Source: a virus. Taken from it: a DNA stretch of 20,313 bases. Below, piece by piece: positions 6,858 through 14,543 of the stretch. The stretch lies in UHGV virus genome UHGV-0113881; one strand, 5' to 3'. The notes beneath the pieces are model-generated. The model was not told where the DNA came from, did no database searches, and saw nothing but the letters and a program-made list of their open reading frames with translations. Position 1 is the first letter of the stretch. Every line of letters starts with the position of its first letter. The translations under genes and the position numbers were made by a program.

Positions 6858-6928
6858 ATTCTAATAGCTAAGGTACTTAAACTAAAAATACCCTGAGTAT
6901 TGATTGCTTTGAATACCTGTAGTATTCT
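6858..6928. promoter_or_regulatory. OR operator region with divergent PRM and PR promoters
   Basis: Sites AATAG-N5-GTACT (6863..6877, OR3-like, degenerate), AATAC-N5-GTATT (6887..6901, OR2) and AATAC-N5-GTATT (6912..6926, OR1). PR: -35 TTGATT (6900..6905), 17-bp spacer, -10 TATTCT (6923..6928). PRM: -10 TAGAAT (minus strand, 6863..6858), ending 6 nt before the cI ATG. Confidence 0.6.
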
Positions 6929-6957
6929 TTGTTCATGGTTAATAACGGAGAGTGCAT

Positions 6958-7152
6958 ATGATTCGAATGACACTTGCCGATTACGCCAAAATCCATGGAC
7001 AGGCTAAAGCAGCCAGTGACTTTGGTGTAATCCAGTGCGCTATCAGCAAGGCCATTCTGGCAGGCCGTAACATCATGGTTACGGTAAAGCCTGATGGCAG
7101 TGTGATTGGAGAGGAAGTTCGTCCTTTCCCAAGCAACAAGAAAAACAAATAG
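6958..7152 (+). CDS. cro: Cro repressor (64 aa from ATG)
   Basis: It matches recalled lambda Cro along its length ([49 protein letters not shown] versus [49 protein letters not shown]). GGAG lies 7 nt upstream of ATG 6958. The track ORF begins at GTG 6952. Confidence 0.9.
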   Translation: MIRMTLADYAKIHGQAKAASDFGVIQCAISKAILAGRNIMVTVKPDGSVIGEEVRPFPSNKKNK

Positions 7153-7158
7153 TAACAC

Positions 7159-7204
7159 CGCTCTTTAACAGTCATGGTCCTCATTCCCGCCGAAATGCGG
7201 GAAT
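7159..7204 (+). promoter_or_regulatory. nutR: boxA (CGCTCTTTAACA) plus boxB hairpin (ATTCCCGC-cgaaat-GCGGGAAT)
   Basis: A perfect boxA consensus at 7159..7170 is followed 12 nt later by an 8-bp stem with a 6-nt loop (7183..7204). It lies between cro and cII, as in lambda. Confidence 0.65.
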
Positions 7205-7260
7205 ACAACGCGCATAAGTTGATGCGCATAACTTCTTATTTGTTAAGGAAATACTTACAT

Positions 7261-7539
7261 ATGGAACTTACAAGTACTCGCAAGAAAGCGAATGCAATTA
7301 CAAGCAACATCCTGAATCGAATTGCTGTACGTGGTCAGCGAAAGGTTGCCGACGCGTTAGGGATTAATGAATCGCAAATTTCGCGATGGAAAGACAGCTT
7401 CATCCCAAAAATGGGAATGCTTCTGGCTGTTCTTGAATGGGGTGTTGAAGACGAGGAGTTGGCGGAACTGGCTAAGAAAGTAGCCAGAATGCTGACAAAA
7501 GAAAAAGCCCCGAAGAACGGCGAATTCTTCGAGGCCTGA
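7261..7539 (+). CDS. cII: CII transcriptional activator (92 aa)
   Basis: It contains ESQISRWKDSFIPKMGMLLAVLEWGVEDEELAELAKKVA, matching recalled lambda CII (KSQISRWKRDWIPKFSMLLAVLEWGVVDDDMARLARQVA). Track ORF 7174..7539 is over-extended through nutR; the ATG at 7261 is the likely start. Confidence 0.85.
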   Translation: MELTSTRKKANAITSNILNRIAVRGQRKVADALGINESQISRWKDSFIPKMGMLLAVLEWGVEDEELAELAKKVARMLTKEKAPKNGEFFEA

Positions 7540-7573
7540 TGTAGAAAGACTGGATCAATCCACAGGAGTAATT

Positions 7574-7735
7574 ATGACAAAACGTCGTAAGAAATACCAG
7601 GAAAAAGAAGAGATTCGACACCCTGATTCACCTGAGGGATTAGTGGTAGCCGCAGCAAATAACAGGGCGTTCGCAGAGCGCCTTGTTGGTGTTTACAGAC
7701 TAGCCAAAGCAGGAGTGAAACATGGGCGTCGTTAA
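7574..7735 (+). CDS. Hypothetical small basic protein (53 aa) between cII and the replication gene
   Basis: Hand-translated ORF MTKRRKKYQEKEEIRHPDSPEGLVVAAANNRAFAERLVGVYRLAKAGVKHGRR. AGGAG lies 5 nt upstream of the ATG. It is below the track cutoff. A small ORF occupies this position in P22-like phages, as I recall. Confidence 0.4.
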   Translation: MTKRRKKYQEKEEIRHPDSPEGLVVAAANNRAFAERLVGVYRLAKAGVKHGRR

Positions 7736-7785
7736 GTTAGCTGATTACAGGCATAACCCTGTACAACATCAGGAGGCATCCAGTA

Positions 7786-8612
7786 TGGGGTATGTCTCTA
7801 TACACCGCCAGTTTATGGACAGCAGGCTCTATAAGGACTCTCAGGCAGTACATCTTTGGCTTCACTTAATCCTCAAGGCTAATCACGAATCTACTGTCGT
7901 CAATACGGATATCGGGCCGATAACTATTGATCGCGGTCAGATGATAACTGGACGCCCGTCGCTGGTCAGAGAAACATTCATCCCCGACAACAAAGTTCGG
8001 AGCTTATTACGGACTTTTGAGTCGAAAGGGATGCTTAATATTTGCGCGATGGGGAAGAAATTTAGCCTGTTTACAATCGTTAAATATGACGATTTTCAGG
8101 CAAAAAATTGTCCAACGGTTGTCCAACGATTGTCCAACGCAAACATCAGTAATGGCGCGGCTCTCAGCGGAGATTGTCCAACGGTTGTCCAACGGTTGTC
8201 CATAAACAATAATATAAATAATATCTCTAATACTGACGTATTAGAGAGTGCCACAGCAGACAAAAAGTCTGACAAGAAAAAACCTTCCGTTAGCTGTCAG
8301 GATGTTGTCGATGCTTACCACGAAATCCTTCCTGAAGCGCCAAAAATCCGCGCACTGAATGACAAGCGTAAAAACCAGATCCGAACGTTCTGGCGCAAAG
8401 CCGGAGTGATAACCCGCCAGCTTGACGGGCATGGGTTCACGATGCAGGACTGGAGAAATTATTTGAGCTACGTAGGCGAAAATTGCCGATGGATGTTCGA
8501 AGAGCGTCCAAACCATCAACGCGGAACCGTCTGGCACAAAAAGGGATTTGATTTCCTGCTTAACGATAATACCTACCTGAAAGTTCGTGAGGGTGAACAC
8601 GATGACCGATAA
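7786..8612 (+). CDS. Replication initiation protein (O-like, origin-binding), about 275 aa
   Basis: Track ORF 7722..8612. An internal ATG at 7786 has AGGAGG 9 nt upstream. The gene contains the iteron array, and its product carries the repeated peptide CPTVVQRLSN encoded by the iterons. It is followed by the helicase gene. Confidence 0.8.
8107..8247. repeat. Origin of replication: six 11-bp iterons in two clusters, then an AT-rich tract and a 10-bp palindrome
   Basis: Iterons (A)TTGTCCAACGG at 8108, 8119 and 8130, and again at 8174, 8185 and 8196 (the last degenerate). These are followed by AAACAATAATATAAATAATAT and the inverted repeat TCTCTAATAC-tgac-GTATTAGAGA (8224..8247). Confidence 0.75.
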
Positions 8613-10038
8613 TTTTTATGCGCCGCCCCATAGCATCGAGGCAGAGCAGGCGGTGATTGGTGGATTGCTTCTGGATGATGACAGCAGTGAGCGCGTCCAG
8701 AAAGTCCTGGCGATGCTGAAGCCTGATTCATTTTACAGTCGACCACACAAAATCCTTTTCGAAGAAATAACCAGAATGCACCGTGAGCAAAAGCCAGTAG
8801 ATGGCCTGACGCTTTTCGATGAACTGGAGCGTAAATCGTTAACGGCGTCTGTTGGCGGTTTTGCTTATATCGCTGAGATCGCAAAGAACACGCCAAGCGC
8901 AGCAAACATCGTTGCCTATGCAATGCAGGTTCGTGAAACCGCAATGGAGCGCTACGCCATCAACCGCATGACTGAAGCGACGGAATTGCTCTATTCCCGC
9001 AACGGAATGACTGCAACGCAGAAGTACGAAGCTATTCAGTCGATTTTCACGCAACTGACAGACCATGCAAAAACCGGATCGCGTCGCGGCCTTCGTTCAT
9101 TTGGTGAGGTCATGGAAGACTGGGTTAGCGACCTTGAGAAGCGATTTGACCCGTCAGGCGAACAACGAGGAATGAGCACAGGGATCCCATCGCTGGACAG
9201 GATGCTGTCACCGAAAGGTCTGGTGAAAGGCTCTCTGTTTGTCATTGGCGCTCGCCCTAAGATGGGGAAAACGACGCTATACAGCCAGATGGCAATCAAC
9301 TGCGCAGTGCATGAGAAAAAGCCCGCTCTGATGTTCAGCCTTGAAATGCCCGGTGACCAGATACTGGAAAAACTGGTAGGGCAGAAGTCAGGTGTTAACC
9401 CAAATATTTTTTACCTTCCAGCGACAAATGACGCTGATGACGGCTATCAGGGTGATTACGATGGTGACTTCAACAGGGCGATCGAAACAGCAAATCGCTT
9501 GAGTGAAATCGACCTGCTTTACATCGACGACACGCCGGGATTATCTCTGGCTCAAATCGTCAGCGAAAGCCGTCGAATCAAGCGAGAAAAAGGATGTGTT
9601 GGCATGATTCTGGTCGATTACCTGACACTAATGACCGCTGAGAAAGCCGATCGTAACGACCTTGCTTACGGCATGATCACCAAAGGACTGAAGAACCTTG
9701 CCAAAGAGCTTGATTGCGTTGTTGTGCTTCTGACGCAGCTTAACCGCGCACTGGAAAGCCGAACCAATAAACGCCCATTACCAAGTGACTCGCGCGATAC
9801 AGGGCAGATTGAACAGGATTGCGATTATTGGGTGGGGATCCATCGTGAAGGTGTTTTTGATGACAGCGTTCCGCCTGGTGAAACCGAACTAATCCTTCGT
9901 CTCAATCGTCATGGCAATACCGGCACGGTGTATTGCATTCAGGCAAATGGCGCTATTTATGACACAGACCAACAGTCTGCTGAAATGCGCCGCCGTGAAC
10001 GCGAGGAACCGCAGTCCAAGAAGAAAGGAGGATTCTGA
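8602..10038 (+). CDS. DnaB-family replicative DNA helicase (478 aa)
   Basis: Track ORF. It has a DnaB N-terminal domain signature (PHSIEAEQAVIGGLLLD), Walker A GARPKMGKTT and Walker B ILVDYLTLM. GAGGG precedes ATG 8602, which overlaps the end of the O-like gene. Confidence 0.9.
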   Translation: MTDNFYAPPHSIEAEQAVIGGLLLDDDSSERVQKVLAMLKPDSFYSRPHKILFEEITRMHREQKPVDGLTLFDELERKSLTASVGGFAYIAEIAKNTPSAANIVAYAMQVRETAMERYAINRMTEATELLYSRNGMTATQKYEAIQSIFTQLTDHAKTGSRRGLRSFGEVMEDWVSDLEKRFDPSGEQRGMSTGIPSLDRMLSPKGLVKGSLFVIGARPKMGKTTLYSQMAINCAVHEKKPALMFSLEMPGDQILEKLVGQKSGVNPNIFYLPATNDADDGYQGDYDGDFNRAIETANRLSEIDLLYIDDTPGLSLAQIVSESRRIKREKGCVGMILVDYLTLMTAEKADRNDLAYGMITKGLKNLAKELDCVVVLLTQLNRALESRTNKRPLPSDSRDTGQIEQDCDYWVGIHREGVFDDSVPPGETELILRLNRHGNTGTVYCIQANGAIYDTDQQSAEMRRREREEPQSKKKGGF

Positions 10039-10066
10039 TGACCATCTACATCACTGAGCTAATAAC

Positions 10067-10098
10067 AGGCCTGCTGGTAATCGCAGGCCTTTTTATTT
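10067..10098 (+). terminator. Intrinsic terminator (tR2-like) between the helicase and ninB
   Basis: AGGCCTGC-tggtaatc-GCAGGCCT stem-loop followed by TTTTTATTT. Confidence 0.65.
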
Positions 10099-10114
10099 GG
10101 GGGAGAGGGAAGTC

Positions 10115-10555
10115 ATGAAAAAACTAACCTTTGAAATTCGATCTCCAGCACATCAGCAAAACGCTATTCACGCAGTACAGCAAATCCTTCCAGACCCAAC
10201 CAAACCAATCGTAGTAACCATTCAGGAACGCAACCGCAGCTTAGACCAAAACAGGAAGCTATGGGCCTGCTTAGGTGACGTCTCTCGTCAGGTTGAATGG
10301 CATGGGCGCTGGCTGGATGCAGAAAGCTGGAAGTGTGTGTTTACCGCAGCCTTAAAGCAGCAGGACGTTGTTCCTAACCTTGCCGGGAATGGCTTTGTGG
10401 TAATAGGCCAGTCAACCAGCAGGATGCGTGTAAGCGAATTTGCGGAGCTATTAGAGCTTATACAGGCATTCGGTACAGAGCATGGCGTTAAGTGGTCAGA
10501 CGAAGCGCGACTGGCTCTCGAATGGAAAGCGCGATGGGGAGACAGGGCGGCATGA
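10115..10555 (+). CDS. ninB: NinB recombination protein (146 aa)
   Basis: It appears close to identical to my recollection of lambda NinB ([31 protein letters not shown]...). Start taken at the ATG 18 nt into the track ORF, after GGGAGAGGGAAG. Confidence 0.9.
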   Translation: MKKLTFEIRSPAHQQNAIHAVQQILPDPTKPIVVTIQERNRSLDQNRKLWACLGDVSRQVEWHGRWLDAESWKCVFTAALKQQDVVPNLAGNGFVVIGQSTSRMRVSEFAELLELIQAFGTEHGVKWSDEARLALEWKARWGDRAA

Positions 10556-10728
10556 GACGACAGCGACGAAGTTTCACCGACATAATCTGCGAAAACTGCA
10601 ATTACCTTCCAACGAAACGCTCCAGAAATAAACGCAAGCCAATCCCAAAAGAATCTGACGTAAAAACCTTCAACTACACGGCTCACCTGTGGGATATCCG
10701 GTGGCTAAGACATCGTGCGAGGAAATGA
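10552..10728 (+). CDS. ninD: NinD-like small zinc-ribbon protein (58 aa)
   Basis: [30 protein letters not shown]..., matching recalled lambda NinD. Its start overlaps the ninB stop as ATGA. Confidence 0.8.
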   Translation: MRRQRRSFTDIICENCNYLPTKRSRNKRKPIPKESDVKTFNYTAHLWDIRWLRHRARK

Positions 10729-10730
10729 CA

Positions 10731-11084
10731 ATGGATTATTCACAGTTAAGTGATTTTGAAATTAACAAGCGAGTGGCAATTTGCTGTGGATTTGCTCCCG
10801 AAGATTGCGAAATCGCAAAGTTGGGAACATCAATCGTTGGTGTTGAGTGGGATGACGAAACTGGTTATGCAATAAAAACGGTTGATTACTGTAAAAGCCC
10901 ATCAGACGCAGAGCCGATTATCGTAGAGAACAGAATTGGCATTATTCCAGCGCCAGAAAATGGATTATGGAAGGCAGCGCATAGAAAAGTTGGCAGTGAT
11001 AGTACCCCATATCATATGACTCAAGATGAAAACCCACTCCGCGCCGCCATGATTGTCTTTCTCATGATGCAGAGAATCCAATAA
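10731..11084 (+). CDS. Hypothetical nin-region protein (117 aa), possibly NinX/DUF-type
   Basis: Track ORF 10689..11084. The ATG at 10731 has GAGG about 8 nt upstream. Family assignment is uncertain. Confidence 0.5.
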   Translation: MDYSQLSDFEINKRVAICCGFAPEDCEIAKLGTSIVGVEWDDETGYAIKTVDYCKSPSDAEPIIVENRIGIIPAPENGLWKAAHRKVGSDSTPYHMTQDENPLRAAMIVFLMMQRIQ

Positions 11085-11260
11085 TGCTTAGCCCATCCCA
11101 ATCCATTCAATACCAGAAAGAAAGCGTCGAGCGGGCTTTAACGTGCGCTAACTGCGGTCAGAAGCTGCATGTGCTGGAAGTTCACGTGTGTGAGCACTGC
11201 TGCGCAGAACTGATGAGCGATCCGAATAGCTCAATGTACGAGGAAGAAGACGATGAATGA
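11084..11260 (+). CDS. ninF: NinF-like protein (58 aa)
   Basis: Hand-translated ORF MLSPSQSIQYQKESVERALTCANCGQKLHVLEVHVCEHCCAELMSDPNSSMYEEEDDE, matching recalled lambda NinF. Its start overlaps the upstream stop. It is below the track cutoff. Confidence 0.75.
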   Translation: MLSPSQSIQYQKESVERALTCANCGQKLHVLEVHVCEHCCAELMSDPNSSMYEEEDDE

Positions 11261-11975
11261 GTTAATAAATGGCAATGCCATCAAAATGACAAGCATTGAA
11301 ATCGCTGAGTTGGTGGGTAAGCGTCATGACAATGTGAAACGTACCATCGAAACGCTGGCTAAAAATGGTGTTATCCGGCTTCCTCAAATTGAGGTTTCCG
11401 AAAGAATCAATAACTTAGGGTTCAATGTTCAGTACGAGCATTACGTCTTCGAAGGCGAACAAGGTAAGCGAGACAGTATTGTCGTTGTTGCCCAGTTGTC
11501 GCCAGAGTTCACCGCTCGCCTTGTTGACCGCTGGCGAGAGCTTGAAGAAGCTGCGGTTAATATCCCAAAAACGCTACCAGAAGCGTTGCGCCTTGCTGCT
11601 GACCTTGCTGAGCAGAAAATGCAACTGGAAAACCAGCTCGCAATTGCCGCACCTAAAGTTGAGTTTGCCGATCGCGTTGGCGAGGCCAGCGGAATTTTGA
11701 TTGGAAACTTTGCAAAGGTTGTTGGAATTGGTCCAAACAAACTGTTTGCGTGGATGCGAGATCACAAAATCCTTATTGCTTCAGGTTCCCGGCGAAATGT
11801 GCCAATGCAGGAATATATGGAGCGCGGCTATTTCACAGTGAAAGAAACAGCGGTCAACACAAATCACGGAATACAGATATCGTTCACCACAAAAATCACC
11901 GGGCGTGGTCAACAGTGGCTGACCAGAAAGCTGCTCGATAACGGAATGCTGAAAGTAACAGGGGAGGCTGCTTAA
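11253..11975 (+). CDS. Rha-family phage regulatory protein with a C-terminal KilA-C/ORF6C-type domain (antirepressor-like, 240 aa)
   Basis: Track ORF. The N-terminus (ELINGNAIKMTSIEIAELVGKRHDNVKRTIETL) is typical of the Rha domain. The C-terminal half (ASGILIGNFAKVVGIGPNKLFAWMRDHKIL) is typical of the antirepressor C-terminal domain. These are recalled family signatures. Confidence 0.7.
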   Translation: MNELINGNAIKMTSIEIAELVGKRHDNVKRTIETLAKNGVIRLPQIEVSERINNLGFNVQYEHYVFEGEQGKRDSIVVVAQLSPEFTARLVDRWRELEEAAVNIPKTLPEALRLAADLAEQKMQLENQLAIAAPKVEFADRVGEASGILIGNFAKVVGIGPNKLFAWMRDHKILIASGSRRNVPMQEYMERGYFTVKETAVNTNHGIQISFTTKITGRGQQWLTRKLLDNGMLKVTGEAA

Positions 11976-12265
11976 TGGCTAATCTACGCAAAGAAGCACG
12001 CGGCAGAGAATGCCAGGTACGTATTTACGGCGTATGCAATGGCAACCCTGAAACTACAGTTCTGGCACATTACCGGATGGCTGGAATTTGCGGAACGGGA
12101 ATGAAACCTGACGACCTGATCGGAGCATGGGCTTGTAGCGCGTGTCACGATGAAATCGACCGACGCACCCATAACCTCGACAACAAAGACGCCAGACTTT
12201 ACCACCTGGAAGGCGTGATCAGGACGCAGGCGATACTGCTGAAGGAGGGGAAGATTAAGCCATGA
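11975..12265 (+). CDS. YbcO-like (DUF1364) putative nuclease (96 aa)
   Basis: It closely resembles recalled E. coli DLP12 YbcO (MADLRKAARGRECQVRIPGVCNGNPETSVLAH...CSACHDEIDRRTH). It sits directly upstream of rusA, as in DLP12. Confidence 0.7.
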   Translation: MANLRKEARGRECQVRIYGVCNGNPETTVLAHYRMAGICGTGMKPDDLIGAWACSACHDEIDRRTHNLDNKDARLYHLEGVIRTQAILLKEGKIKP

Positions 12266-12624
12266 ACGAATATCAGTTTGTGCTTCCATACCCGCCGTCG
12301 GTGAACACCTACTGGCGAAGACGGGGAAGCCAATACTACATCAGCGATAAAGGCCAGAAATACCGAAAAGACGTTCAGAAAATCATCCGCCAACTCAAGT
12401 TAGACATTTTCACCAAATCACGACTCCGTATCAAAGTCATCGCAGACGTTCCAGACTCCCGCCGCCGCGACCTCGATAACATCCTGAAAGGTTTACTCGA
12501 CTCCCTTATCCACGCCGGATTTGCGGAAGACGACGAGCAATTCGATGACATTCGCGTAATTCGTGGTGTGAAAGTACCAGGCGGAAGGCTTGGAATAAAA
12601 ATCACCGAACTGGAGAACGTATGA
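12262..12624 (+). CDS. rusA: RusA Holliday-junction resolvase (120 aa)
   Basis: It carries the RusA signature PDSRRRDLDNILKGLLDSL, including the catalytic Asp residues, and the GGRLGIKITELE C-terminus, matching recalled E. coli RusA. Confidence 0.9.
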   Translation: MNEYQFVLPYPPSVNTYWRRRGSQYYISDKGQKYRKDVQKIIRQLKLDIFTKSRLRIKVIADVPDSRRRDLDNILKGLLDSLIHAGFAEDDEQFDDIRVIRGVKVPGGRLGIKITELENV

Positions 12625-12809
12625 ACGCCACAATTCAAACGATACCAGAGCTTCTTATCCAGACACGAGGCAATCAGACCGAAGTGGCGAGGATGCTTTC
12701 CTGCGCAAGAGGAACAGTGCTCAAGTACAACCGAGACAGCAAAGGCGAGCGTCACGTAATAGTTAACGGCGTCCTGATGGTCAAACAGGGCAAGAGGGGA
12801 AGACGATGA
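12621..12809 (+). CDS. ninH: NinH-like protein (62 aa)
   Basis: It contains GNQTEVARMLSCARGTVLKY...IVNGVLMV, matching recalled lambda NinH (GNQTEVARRLKCSRGTVRKY...IVNDVLMV). Confidence 0.8.
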   Translation: MNATIQTIPELLIQTRGNQTEVARMLSCARGTVLKYNRDSKGERHVIVNGVLMVKQGKRGRR

Positions 12810-13429
12810 GACTCGAAAGCGTAGCTAAATTTCATTCGCCAAAAAGCCCGATGATGAGCGACTCACCACGGGCCACGGCTTCTGACTCTCTTTCCGGTAC
12901 TGATGTGATGGCTGCTATGGGGATGGCGCAATCACAAGCCGGATTCGGTATGGCTGCATTCTGCGGTAAGCACGAACTCAGCCAGAACGACAAACAAAAG
13001 GCTATCAACTATCTGATGCAATTTGCACACAAGGTATCGGGGAAATACCGTGGTGTGGCAAAGCTTGAAGGAAATACTAAGGCAAAGGTACTGCAAGTGC
13101 TCGCAACATTCGCTTATGCGGATTATTGCCGTAGTGCCGCGACGCCGGGCGCAAGATGCAGAGATTGCCACGGTACAGGCCGTGCGGTTGATATAGCCAA
13201 AACAGAGCAGTGGGGGAGAGTTGCTGAGAAAGAATGCGGAAGATGCAAAGGTGTCGGCTATTCAAGGATGCCAGCAAGCGCCGCATATCGCGCTGTGACG
13301 ATGCTAATCCCAAATCTTACCCAACCCACCTGGTCACGCACTGTTAAGCCGCTGTATGACGCTCTGGTGGTGCAATGCCACAAAGAAGAGTCAATCGCAG
13401 ACAACATTTTGAATGTGGTCACACGTTAG
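12806..13429 (+). CDS. Q: Late-gene antiterminator Q (207 aa)
   Basis: From memory it appears essentially identical to lambda Q (MRLESVAKFHSPKSPMMSDSPRATASDSLSGTD..., Cys cluster CRDCHGTGR...CGRCKGVGYS). Its start overlaps the ninH stop. Confidence 0.95.
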   Translation: MRLESVAKFHSPKSPMMSDSPRATASDSLSGTDVMAAMGMAQSQAGFGMAAFCGKHELSQNDKQKAINYLMQFAHKVSGKYRGVAKLEGNTKAKVLQVLATFAYADYCRSAATPGARCRDCHGTGRAVDIAKTEQWGRVAEKECGRCKGVGYSRMPASAAYRAVTMLIPNLTQPTWSRTVKPLYDALVVQCHKEESIADNILNVVTR

Positions 13430-13472
13430 CGGCATGATTGCCACGGATGGCAACATCTTTACGGCATGATAT

Positions 13473-13510
13473 TGACTTTTTGAATAAAGTTGGGTAAATT
13501 TGACTCAACG
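13473..13510 (+). promoter_or_regulatory. Late promoter PR' with qut site
   Basis: -35 TTGACT (13473..13478), 17-bp spacer, -10 TAAATT (13496..13501), followed by TTGACTCAACGATGG. This matches my recollection of the lambda PR'/qut sequence. Confidence 0.8.
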
Positions 13511-13536
13511 ATGGATAAATGCACTCGTTAAATAAA

Positions 13537-13572
13537 GCCCTGAGTTAATAGCTCGGGGCTTTTTGCGTTTTA
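13537..13572 (+). terminator. Promoter-proximal intrinsic terminator (tR'-like), about 30 nt after the predicted PR' start
   Basis: AGCCCTGAG-ttaatag-CTCGGGGCT stem (9 bp with one G-U pair) followed by TTTTGCGTTTT. Confidence 0.6.
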
Positions 13573-13864
13573 AGCACGGACTTTCTGAAAGCACATCAAA
13601 CCAAATACCAGACAGACCAAAATAATCACCTTATCCGCTGTGGCTACGGTGCGGTGTGCTTTGCATAAAAGAAAACCAGCGCAATGGCTGGCTTCGTGAA
13701 AGCGGGTGGCAAGAGGCTGCGCTAACAACCTCCTGCCGTTTTGCCCGTGCATATCGGTCACGAACAAATCTGATTACTAAACACAGTAGCCTGGATTTGT
13801 TCTATCAGTAATCGACCTTATTCCTAATTAAATAGAGCAAATCCCCTCAATGAAGGGGTAGAGC

Positions 13865-14068
13865 ATGTACCGTATGGACAAAATCAGAGAATGGTTCAGT
13901 TACAGCTTCGGAGGACTGACTGCGATGGGTGGCATTCTCTCCCTGAATGACTGGGCTGTCATCATTGGTATTCTTTGTACTGTCGGCACATTTGGCATCA
14001 ACTGGTACTACAAGCGCAAAGAGCGCGAGGACAGATTGAATGGCAATGTCACCGGCACTACGAAATAG
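13865..14068 (+). CDS. Class II holin (67 aa) with dual-start motif, S21 pinholin-like
   Basis: Two transmembrane helices ([17 protein letters not shown] and [20 protein letters not shown]) and a charged C-terminus. The MYRMDKI start has two Met codons flanking a basic residue, like the MKSM start of phage 21 S. The RBS is GGGGTAGAG. Confidence 0.8.
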   Translation: MYRMDKIREWFSYSFGGLTAMGGILSLNDWAVIIGILCTVGTFGINWYYKRKEREDRLNGNVTGTTK

Positions 14069-14543
14069 CGTAATAGCGGCGATAAGTGGCGGGGCTATTG
14101 CTATAGCATCTGTGTTAATCACTGGACCAAGTGGTAACGATGGTCTGGAAGGTGTCAGCTACATACCATACAAAGATATTGTTGGTGTATGGACTGTATG
14201 TCACGGGCATACAGGAAAAGACATCATGCTCGGTAAAACGTATACCAAAGCAGAATGCAAAGCACTCTTGAATAAAGACCTTGCCACTGTCGCCAGACAA
14301 ATTAACCCGTACATCAAAGTCGATATACCGGAAACAACGCGCGGCGCTCTTTATTCGTTCGTCTACAACGTGGGCGCAGGCAATTTCAGAACATCGACTC
14401 TTCTTCGCAAAATCAACCAGGGCGATATCAAGGGCGCATGTGACCAGCTACGTCGCTGGACATACGCTGGCGGTAAGCAATGGAAAGGGCTGATGACTCG
14501 CCGTGAGATTGAGCGTGAAGTCTGTTTGTGGGGGCAGCAATGA
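14040..14543 (+). CDS. SAR endolysin (T4-lysozyme-type glycoside hydrolase, 167 aa)
   Basis: N-terminal Gly/Ala-rich signal-anchor-release segment ([19 protein letters not shown]). Catalytic triad spacing E-x8-D-x5-T in [16 protein letters not shown]. From memory it is very similar to phage 21 R. Its start overlaps the holin end. Confidence 0.85.
   Translation: MAMSPALRNSVIAAISGGAIAIASVLITGPSGNDGLEGVSYIPYKDIVGVWTVCHGHTGKDIMLGKTYTKAECKALLNKDLATVARQINPYIKVDIPETTRGALYSFVYNVGAGNFRTSTLLRKINQGDIKGACDQLRRWTYAGGKQWKGLMTRREIEREVCLWGQQ

Noticed and set aside
6877-7229. Minus-strand track ORFs 6877..7158 and 6981..7229
   Set aside because: Antisense to cro and nutR and running through the OR/PR region. 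Cro on the plus strand is strongly supported.
8007-8205. Track ORFs 8007..8192(-) and 8017..8205(+), and the possibility that the direct repeats are a CRISPR array
   Set aside because: The repeats are 11 bp, tandem and without unique spacers, so they are iterons of an origin, not CRISPR. The two ORFs are alternative-frame artefacts of the repeats inside the O-like gene.
8573-9299. Minus-strand track ORFs 8573..8944, 8839..9066 and 9036..9299
   Set aside because: Antisense to the DnaB-type helicase gene, which has clear Walker motifs.
11425-11941. Track ORFs 11425..11700(+), 11441..11740(-), 11574..11765(-) and 11750..11941(+)
   Set aside because: Alternative-frame or antisense ORFs within the Rha/KilA-C gene; no independent support.
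13570-13767. Track ORF of 65 aa on the minus strand downstream of Q
   Set aside because: It lies antisense in the late leader between the tR'-like terminator and the holin, in sequence that looks lambda-like and non-coding. No RBS.
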